Shown one piece after another: positions 20,469 through 27,786 of a stretch of 64,000 nt of DNA. Source of the DNA: Candidatus Poribacteria bacterium (GTDB lineage Bacteria; Poribacteria; WGA-4E; WGA-3G); the NCBI GenBank assembly GCA_965214095.1, contig OZ243938.1, positions 4,480,001 to 4,544,000 on the forward strand, in the 5' to 3' direction. How positions within the stretch are numbered: the first letter of the stretch is position 1; each line of letters opens with the position of its first letter. A program made the position numbers and the translations under genes. Under the pieces are notes generated by a model. It had not been told where the DNA came from. It made no database searches and saw only the letters and a program-made list of their open reading frames with translations.

Positions 20469-21263
20469 CTAATATCCCAATTGTCTTAGATATTCTCGGT
20501 TAACTGTCATCCGTTCTTCATCCGTACGGTCTTCTACCATTCCAGGACATGCTGTAATCCATCGGTCATAATTGAGTTCTTTCAGAGTTGACATTATAGC
20601 GGGAAAATCCATTGCATCTCCACCGCCAACGTCAACCCAATCTACCTCATAAGAACTCCCATCACCACCTGAGTAACCTGCATAATCCTGTAGGTGTACA
20701 TATACAAGTACATCACTGTATCTACGTATGGATTCAATTGGATCATATCCCCAAAGGGCAGAATGGGAAACATCGATACACAGTTTGCACTTACGTAGTA
20801 AACTCATATATTTAGCCCAATCTTCAATAGAATCCACCGTTGTATTGGTATGGATATGATAGCAGACATCTAAGCCATAACGTGAACCGTATTCAGCCCA
20901 TTCCTCAGAAACATCAGCAAGTTTTGCTAGATCATCGTTGTTTATGGGTCTATCATTTGGTTTTCCTGCCCCCATAAACATGAAACAATCCGCTCCTACC
21001 TCTGCGGCGAAGTCGATTCTACGCAAATTGAGTTCCATCTGTTCGTAATTTTTATCAATTGGTAATCCACGTGCCGTCACAGCACAGATAGGCATATCAA
21101 CATTTTCACACATCCGTCGAATTCGGCGTGGCGTACCCGCCCAGTCTAAAGATTGCCGCATTTCCCAACCATCCCAACCTGCTTTCTTAAGTTGTACCAA
21201 TAGTTCCTCAAAATCCGGTTGTTGCCATCGCAAAGTACTATATCCAAATTTGAAACCCATCAA
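20469..21263 (-). CDS. sugar phosphate isomerase/epimerase (IolE-like TIM barrel)
   Basis: GWDGWE, CYHIH, CIDVSH, YVHLQD, DFPAIM. Confidence 0.85.
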   Translation of the reverse strand: MMGFKFGYSTLRWQQPDFEELLVQLKKAGWDGWEMRQSLDWAGTPRRIRRMCENVDMPICAVTARGLPIDKNYEQMELNLRRIDFAAEVGADCFMFMGAGKPNDRPINNDDLAKLADVSEEWAEYGSRYGLDVCYHIHTNTTVDSIEDWAKYMSLLRKCKLCIDVSHSALWGYDPIESIRRYSDVLVYVHLQDYAGYSGGDGSSYEVDWVDVGGGDAMDFPAIMSTLKELNYDRWITACPGMVEDRTDEERMTVNREYLRQLGY

Positions 21264-21420
21264 GTTCTCTCCTCTTGTCTTTTTTTTAAGTCAGTAAAAA
21301 GTTAGTTCAAATTATATCAGAATTTTATATCTCTTGCAATAAATGTTCATTTTTGCTAAACTAAATTGATAACATATAACTAAAGGATTTTCCGTAACTA
21401 CTCAGAATTAAGGAGAAATT

Positions 21421-22386
21421 ATGGATCAAGTTAAACTTGGTTTTATAGGAACTGGTGGCATGGCAGGTGCGCATATGCGTAACCTTAAGGACAATTTTGA
21501 AGATGTTCAATTTTGTGCCATGTGTGATATTTCAGAAGATCGCGCGAAATCACGCGCCGAAGAGTTCGGTGGGAATGCCTATTCCGATTATCGCGTGATG
21601 TACGATAAAGAAGACTTGGATGCAGTTTATATCTGCACACCGCCTTTTGCACATGGTGAGCAGGAACGAATTGCCTGTGAAAAAGGTATCGCAATGTTCA
21701 TTGAAAAACCGATCCATTCGGAAATTGAACCAGCGATTATAATCAATGACTACATTAATGAAACTGGTGTCATAACCAGTGTTGGTTATCACTGGCGGTA
21801 TGGTGGCAATGCTCAAAGTGCTAAGAAAATGCTTGAAGAGCAACCACAAATACTCGGTGCACTCGGATATTGGATGGGTGGTATGCCCGGAACTCCTTGG
21901 TGGAGAGTCCGAGCACAATCCGGTGGACAACACGTTGAACAAACAACCCATATTTTCGATCTTTGTCGTTTTCTTGTTGGTAGCGATGGCAAGACAGTAC
22001 ACGGTGTTGCGAACAGTGGAAGCATGACACACGTTGAAAACTATGATGTTGATGATATCAGCATGGTTAACATTGAATTTGAAAACGGTGCTGTAGCAAA
22101 CATCGTTTCTGCCTGTGCATTAGAAGGTTTTGGTCGCGTGCATCTTGAAGTATTCACGCGTGGTCTCGTCGTCACAGTCGGCGGTCCAAATAACGTAAAC
22201 CGAAAAGGTGAAACTGAACCGCTTTCAGGGGCAGGTGGACAAGATCGCGACCGTGTCTTTATTGACGCTGTTAAGAGTGGAGATGACTCCGAAATCCTTT
22301 CACCATACAGCGATGCACTGCAGACACTTCGTATTATGCTTGCCGCAAGCACTTCGTTTAGAACAGGTAAATCTATTGATCTATAA
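21421..22386 (+). CDS. Gfo/Idh/MocA family oxidoreductase
   Basis: GFIGTGGMA, DAVYICTPP, FIEKP, SGGQHVEQTTHIFD. Confidence 0.92.
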   Translation: MDQVKLGFIGTGGMAGAHMRNLKDNFEDVQFCAMCDISEDRAKSRAEEFGGNAYSDYRVMYDKEDLDAVYICTPPFAHGEQERIACEKGIAMFIEKPIHSEIEPAIIINDYINETGVITSVGYHWRYGGNAQSAKKMLEEQPQILGALGYWMGGMPGTPWWRVRAQSGGQHVEQTTHIFDLCRFLVGSDGKTVHGVANSGSMTHVENYDVDDISMVNIEFENGAVANIVSACALEGFGRVHLEVFTRGLVVTVGGPNNVNRKGETEPLSGAGGQDRDRVFIDAVKSGDDSEILSPYSDALQTLRIMLAASTSFRTGKSIDL

Positions 22387-22484
22387 ATGGTTACAGCAAC
22401 ACTTAGTGTAACCATTTACACGATTTTTAGTCCTGGTTTCTATATTTTATTTAGATACTTTTTGATTATTTAGAGAGATAAATT

Positions 22485-23240
22485 ATGCCAATTAATCAGT
22501 CAATCACCTTTGGTGGTTTCCGGCGTGACAGAGAGCCGGAAGACGTTATTAAGAAAGCCGCTGAAATCGGTTATAAATCTATTGAGATGCTACCCGCCGA
22601 TCTCTGGTCCGTTGTTCAAGATAACGGGATGCGGGTTGCAATCATTGTTGGACATTCATCACTTCCGTCCGGATTGAATGACCCAAGCAATCACGACAGA
22701 ATAGAAGATGAATTGCTCAAGAACATTGATATCGCAGCAGAAAATGACATTCCAGGTCTTATCTGTTTTTCTGGTAATAGAGAAGGCAGATCCGAAGAGG
22801 AAGGTCGTGATAACACTATAGCTGGTCTGTCGCGCGTGACAAAGGCTGCAGAAGAAAAGGGTGTTAACCTCTGCGTTGAACTGCTCAACAGTAAAGTTAA
22901 CCATCCTGACTATCAGTGCGATAAGACAGAGTGGGGTGTTGAGGTATGCAAAGGTGTTGATTCACCGCGTGCCTTGTTGCTATATGATATCTATCACATG
23001 CAAATTATGGAAGGTGACCTCATTCGCAATATCACCGATTATATTGAATATATCGGTCACTTCCATACGGCAGGAAACCCGGGTCGTCGTGACCTTGATG
23101 ACGAACAGGAAATATATTATCCTGCTGTGATGCGTGCAATTGCCAATACTGACTACGACCTATATGTTGGGCATGAGTTTAGTCCAAAAGGTGATGCTTT
23201 TGATGCTATGCAACACGCCTATGATGTGTGTAATGTCTAA
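22485..23240 (+). CDS. hyi: hydroxypyruvate isomerase family protein
   Basis: ELLNSKVNHPDY, LLYDIYHMQIMEGD, HFHTAGNPGR, VGHEF. Confidence 0.88.
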   Translation: MPINQSITFGGFRRDREPEDVIKKAAEIGYKSIEMLPADLWSVVQDNGMRVAIIVGHSSLPSGLNDPSNHDRIEDELLKNIDIAAENDIPGLICFSGNREGRSEEEGRDNTIAGLSRVTKAAEEKGVNLCVELLNSKVNHPDYQCDKTEWGVEVCKGVDSPRALLLYDIYHMQIMEGDLIRNITDYIEYIGHFHTAGNPGRRDLDDEQEIYYPAVMRAIANTDYDLYVGHEFSPKGDAFDAMQHAYDVCNV

Positions 23241-23254
23241 CAAACTTTGAAATT

Positions 23255-23283
23255 ATGGGCAGGTTAATTAATCTGCCCATTTT
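23255..23283 (+). terminator. rho-independent terminator
   Basis: ATGGGCAG/CTGCCCAT stem followed by TTT. Confidence 0.6.
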
Positions 23284-23457
23284 CCTATATCCAAATTTAG
23301 GATTCACTCCGAATTCTTGTGCATTGATATATACTTCCTATCCACCAAGGTTTTATACTTCTTTCTACCCAATTCCTTTACTTATTTTCCGTAAATACTG
23401 ATAGTGTCTATACAGAAGTCTTTCAGATAGTAGAATTCGGTTTCATTTTCTTAATGC

Positions 23458-23486
23458 TTGCAGCCTTAGCAAGTTTATGTTACAAT
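23458..23486 (+). promoter_or_regulatory. sigma70 promoter of the AlbA_2 gene
   Basis: TTGCAG-N17-TACAAT with extended -10 TG. Confidence 0.5.
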
Positions 23487-23546
23487 CTGTATAGATCGGT
23501 AATTGTTTAATAGCAAGTCTTGAGTAAGTCAAAGAGGTATCTATAA

Positions 23547-24887
23547 ATGCCAACCCCAAAAGAAGTTTTTGATAATCCTTTAGAGTATCTTGATTTCCTA
23601 CAATCCGATAAATTTGAAGGACAATATTTTGAACGAAAAGAGGTCCGCATTGATACCAACAATCAGATCAACACATTGAAGGATAAGATCAAGCAGTGTA
23701 TTTCTGCTTTCGCTAATAGTAATAGATCAGGTGGACTCTTAGCACTCGGCATTGCGGATGATGGCTCGATTATCGGCACACAACATGTTGACGAACAAAC
23801 GATAAATGGTATTCTGCAGGTGGCACGAGACTTAAGTAACCATGCTACGCAGTTAAAAGAAGTTGTACTACCGGATTCAAAAGCAGCAAGATTACATCTT
23901 CTTTATGTCCCGTGGACACCAAATGGAATTTGTGACACCTTCACAGATTTTCCAAAAGCGTGGAAAAGGTTTGGTGCTCAGTCTCTCAATTTGACTGAAC
24001 AAGACCGTGAACAACTTAAACGTGATAAAAGGATAGTTGATTTTGAAACCTCCTATTGCTGTCCCTACGATCCCGATGAACTTGATAAAGAGGTAGTTGA
24101 GGAGTTTAAAAGTGTGTTCCTTGAGACAAGGGATGCTCAATATGAATATAGTACAGAGGCATTTCTCTTGACTATAGATGCCATTAAGCAAATTGAGGGT
24201 GAAAAATGCTCATTTACTAACGCCGGCTACCTCTTTTTTGCTTCAAATCCACGAAAGAAGTTTCCAACAGCGCATGTAAGAGTTTTACGTTTTGAAGTTG
24301 ACGTTGAAGAATCAGGTTACCGTGGCGCGACAACCTTTGATAAAGAGTTTGATGGAGCACTCCCAAAAATAATTCGTAAGCTGCGAACCTTTTTCAGAGA
24401 GTCTGCACTCTTCCGCACAATGATAAGACGGAGTTCTAACGGTGGATTCATTGAAGACCCCGAATATCCACTCTTTGCTGTTGATGAAGCAGTTGTGAAT
24501 GCAGTTATTCATAGAGATTATGGAGCCAACGCACCGATTCATTGTATTGCATATCGAAATGGTTTAGTGGTGGAAAATCCGGGTGGTATTCCTCAGGAAG
24601 TCCCCCGACGCTTTAATCTCGCGGATACAGTGCTTAGTTCCGTGCTGCGCAATCAGAAGATTGTTGAGTGGATGCGGTTTATGAAAGATGAAAACGGTGA
24701 ACCTGTTGTACGTGCTTTAAGTGAAGGCACAAGGAAAATGCGTCAAGAAATGGAGACCCTCGGTTTACCCGCACCAACTTACGAGACAGCTCAACGTACC
24801 TCCGTCACACTTTATAATTATTTTGAGGAGCGATTAGCACCGCATGCATCTTATGCCGCTAACCGAACAGGAACAGATTCTGTCTGA
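23547..24887 (+). CDS. AlbA_2/Schlafen domain plus HATPase_c_4 protein, apparently 3'-truncated
   Basis: EGQYFERKE, ISAFANS..GGLLALGIADDG (AlbA_2); EAVVNAVIHRDY, VENPGG, RNQKI; last 12 codons are out-of-frame hsdS sequence. Confidence 0.85.
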   Translation: MPTPKEVFDNPLEYLDFLQSDKFEGQYFERKEVRIDTNNQINTLKDKIKQCISAFANSNRSGGLLALGIADDGSIIGTQHVDEQTINGILQVARDLSNHATQLKEVVLPDSKAARLHLLYVPWTPNGICDTFTDFPKAWKRFGAQSLNLTEQDREQLKRDKRIVDFETSYCCPYDPDELDKEVVEEFKSVFLETRDAQYEYSTEAFLLTIDAIKQIEGEKCSFTNAGYLFFASNPRKKFPTAHVRVLRFEVDVEESGYRGATTFDKEFDGALPKIIRKLRTFFRESALFRTMIRRSSNGGFIEDPEYPLFAVDEAVVNAVIHRDYGANAPIHCIAYRNGLVVENPGGIPQEVPRRFNLADTVLSSVLRNQKIVEWMRFMKDENGEPVVRALSEGTRKMRQEMETLGLPAPTYETAQRTSVTLYNYFEERLAPHASYAANRTGTDSV

Positions 24888-25106
24888 ACATGAGCAGCAC
24901 TTTCAGTCGTTGATGAAATAGAAGCAACCATTGAGGCAGAACTAAAACGCGCGGAACGTTTGCGGTAATATATGCTCAAGCATGCGTTTTCTGGCAAACT
25001 TGTTCCGTAAGACCCAAGCGATGTACCGGCAAGTGTGTTGTTAGAGTTAATCAGAGATGAGAAAGTAGATCAGCAACCGAAGCGAAAAAGACTAAGACAA
25101 AAGTGA
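24850..25106 (+). pseudogene. hsdS: type I R-M specificity subunit, 3' remnant
   Basis: Manual translation LMPLTEQEQILSEHEQH/LSVVDEIEATIEAELKRAERLR*YMLKHAFSGKLVP*DPSDVPASVLLELIRDEK matches the HsdS C-terminal pattern; one frameshift, two TAA at expected Gln positions. Confidence 0.85.
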
Positions 25107-25264
25107 ATATACTACTTCGGCACAGCAATTGTTGCTACCACTTGACTAAACTCAATTCTAAATTACAGCGAAGAAACACTTTGTTTTTAATGTAAATTAT
25201 GGTAGAATCTCTATGAATAGCAACAGTACAACCTTTTCATTCGGAGTATTATTTTGAGTTTATT

Positions 25265-25546
25265 ATGGAAATATTAGAGATAACACTTAAGATTACAGAC
25301 TCCACAGATACAGGTGAAAGAACGCGGCAAACCGATTTGCTCCTTGCACTTGCGGGACACTTATATGGGATGATATAAGTGGTCCTAACACCTTGTCACT
25401 GCCGGAGGTACAAGTGATTAAAGGGGTACACGAAGATAATCCGGATCCGCTCCCCGCTCTAGCAGGAATGCTGCAATCTGATGTCACAGACATCGGCAAA
25501 CGCCACGACGATTATATCAGAAGCGCGCAACAGACAGAACTATAGG
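25265..25546 (+). pseudogene. frameshifted small antitoxin-like gene
   Basis: MEILEITLKIT...DLLLALAG then shifted frame ...PDPLPALAGMLQSDVTDIGKRHDDYIRSAQQTEL*; the DI..RHDDY tail is typical of small PIN-associated antitoxins. Confidence 0.5.
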
Positions 25547-25577
25547 AAATAAAGGTGAATAACACAAGGTGAGTTGA

Positions 25578-25868
25578 ATGGCAAAAACAGAAGTTGAAGT
25601 CCGATTTACATTACCGCTTGATGAAGTTCTACTGCAGCACAAAATTGACGCTGAGTGCAAGGCAAGAGAAGCTTTTGTGCTTGAGCTTTTGCGTCAAGGC
25701 GACATCAGTGCCGGTAGAGCTGCACGACTACTAAACATTTCACGATGGGATCTCTCGGAACTGATGTATGAAGCCGGAATCTCTCCTTTTGACGATAGTC
25801 CTACGGTGGAAACGTTTAACGCTGAAGTTGAAAGCGCGTTAAGAGATTTTGATGAATCTGAATCATGA
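25578..25868 (+). CDS. UPF0175 family antitoxin
   Basis: LLRQGDISAGRAARLLNISRWDLSELMYEAGI HTH; ATGA overlap with PIN gene. Confidence 0.85.
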   Translation: MAKTEVEVRFTLPLDEVLLQHKIDAECKAREAFVLELLRQGDISAGRAARLLNISRWDLSELMYEAGISPFDDSPTVETFNAEVESALRDFDESES

Positions 25869-26353
25869 AGGTAGTTACGAATAGCACACCGTTGATAGCA
25901 CTCTCGAAAATCAATCGGTTAGAGTTACTGCAGAAAGTATACCGTTCAATTTACATTCCAGAGGAAGTTTATACTGAAGTCGTCGTCAATGGAGTAGGAA
26001 AACCCGGTGCGGCAGAGGTAGCATCGGCAGATTGGATCATCTGCCAGCCGATAAAAGATAAAGATCAAGTCTTAATACTTCACAACCGAACACTTATTGA
26101 TTTAGGCGAGTGTGGTGCTATTGTACTTGCACAAGAAATTGAAGCAGAGAGAATCATTATTGATGACAGAGTCGCAAGACATATAGCAATCGCGAAAGGT
26201 TTATCTGTGGTTGGAACAGTTGGTGTTCTACGTGTCGCGAAAGCGATGCAAATCATTCCAGAAATCAAACCAATACTAGACGATCTTCGCTTACATGGAA
26301 CACGAATCAGCGATAGACTCTACTACCAAACACTCATAACTGAAAAAGAGTAA
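25865..26353 (+). CDS. DUF3368 PIN-domain toxin
   Basis: VVTNSTPLIAL, IPEEVYTEV, DLGECGAI, IIDDRVAR, GTVGVL. Confidence 0.9.
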   Translation: MKVVTNSTPLIALSKINRLELLQKVYRSIYIPEEVYTEVVVNGVGKPGAAEVASADWIICQPIKDKDQVLILHNRTLIDLGECGAIVLAQEIEAERIIIDDRVARHIAIAKGLSVVGTVGVLRVAKAMQIIPEIKPILDDLRLHGTRISDRLYYQTLITEKE

Positions 26354-26360
26354 TCACAAA

Positions 26361-26470
26361 ATGTCAAACGAATCAGTAACAATCCTTCAAAACTATGGAA
26401 CTTCTGTAATATACTTCCAGATGATGGAGTCAGGTACGAAGATTAAGTTGAACGACTTACCTCTCTACTA
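26361..26470 (+). pseudogene. hsdM: type I R-M methyltransferase, 5' remnant
   Basis: MSNESVTILQ/LWNFCNILPDDGVRYED*VERLTSLL resembles the HsdM N-terminus (LWNYCNVLRDDGVSYGDYVEQLTYLL); one frameshift, one stop. Confidence 0.8.
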
Positions 26471-26599
26471 AATCTCAATCTCTTTGTCATAGAGAGTTAA
26501 CTACAAATCCATACATAATCCAAAACACCTTCTAGTTCGGATTAGGAAAGTCTGAAAACGAAAGTTCGCATTTAAACAAAACCTAAGGAGGATATTAAA

Positions 26600-27410
26600 A
26601 TGCGTATTAACACCAAACTAACACTAATCACACTCATCATTGCAGTAGCATTCAGTTCTATTGCATTAGCAACTTTACAGAACGGCTTAATCGTCATTTG
26701 ATGAAGCCGCAGGAAAGACTGCGTTTGATGAAAGCAAAAACAACAACGATGGAGAACTTATGGGTTCAGCCACTTGGGCACCAAATGAAGGTAAAATTGA
26801 AGGTGCGGCAAGATTCGATGGCGGTGAAGGTTCTGTCGTTGACGATAACGGCGCAGATTATATCAACGGACTTGAAGCCTTTTCAATTTCTGTTTGGGTA
26901 AAATCTGATTCTGTTGGACACGATAGAGGAATTGTCTTCGCAGTAGATCCGGATGGCGGAGATAATGTATTCGGTTTACGGTACGATGCCGCAAGTTGGT
27001 CAACGAAAGGCGGAGTTAATCTTGTTAAAGGTGCCATCACAACAACTGGTGGCGGTCAGGCGTATGAAAGTAAAGATGATATACAAACTACTGAGTGGCA
27101 ACATCTTGTGTTTACTTGGAAAAGTGGTGAACAACTTGCACTTTATATTGATAGTGAGTTTGACGATAATCCTACACACAATGATGCAGCCAACCAAGGA
27201 GCAATTTCCGGTGCCACCAAATTCATCGTTGGAAAAGGTGCAAAAGATAACAATGGAACATCATGGACCGGTCTCATCGACGAAGTTCGTATTTACGACA
27301 GAGTTTTGGATATGGATGAGATAGAAGAGTTATCTACCGGTGTCCTTCCTGTTGAAGCTAAAGATAAGTTAGCTACTACATGGGCACTTCAAAAGAAAAT
27401 TAGATTTTAG
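26600..27410 (+). pseudogene. secreted LamG-like (concanavalin A-like) protein, frameshifted near 26693
   Basis: AAGGAGG RBS, signal peptide MRINTK...IALATLQNGLI stops at 26699-26701; other frame continues SFDEAAGKTAFDES...FSISVWVK, WQHLVFTW, GLIDEVRIYDRVL, tail GVLPVEAKDKLATTWALQK. Confidence 0.8.
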
Positions 27411-27473
27411 GTTGACTTGATCCCATATCAGCGGGGAGTATCTTCCTCACTGATACATATCTCAAAAGAATAT

Positions 27474-27611
27474 TATAGTGAAATGTAAAAATACGTGCAC
27501 ACTCTTCAGTAGATGCGGTTTCCTAACCACATTTATGAAATTGAACAAACACCGGTTCGGTTAGGAAACCGAACCTACCGTAGTGTGTAAATAATTATAG
27601 TTTTTACTATA
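27474..27611. mobile_element. MITE-like element class B (138 bp) with inverted REP doublet
   Basis: TATAGTGAAA...TTTTACTATA; GTAGATGCGGTTTCCTAACC on plus, GTAGGTTCGGTTTCCTAACCGAACC on minus. Confidence 0.8.
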
Positions 27612-27741
27612 AACTCTTTCGGTTAGGAAACCGAACCTACCGTAGTGTGTAAATAATTATAGTTTTTACTATAAACTCTTTCGGTTAGGAAACTGAACCT
27701 ACCGTAGTGTGTAAATAATTATAGTTTTTACTATAAACTCT
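27556..27741. repeat. tandem repeat, 3 x 62 bp (right half of class B element plus flank AACTCT)
   Basis: TTCGGTTAGGAAAC at 27556, 27618, 27680; one mismatch seen among units. Confidence 0.9.
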
Positions 27742-27786
27742 ATCATATTTTATCCCGCTGCACATGCATGCCATATACTTCTATAC

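Noticed and set aside
25293-25499. 68-aa minus-strand ORF
   Set aside because: Antisense shadow of the antitoxin-like pseudogene
26698-27324. Alternative-frame ORFs 26698-26901 and 26953-27324
   Set aside because: Out-of-frame shadows of the LamG gene
27556-27741. Possible CRISPR array
   Set aside because: Whole 62-bp units are near-identical, so there are no unique spacers; no cas genes
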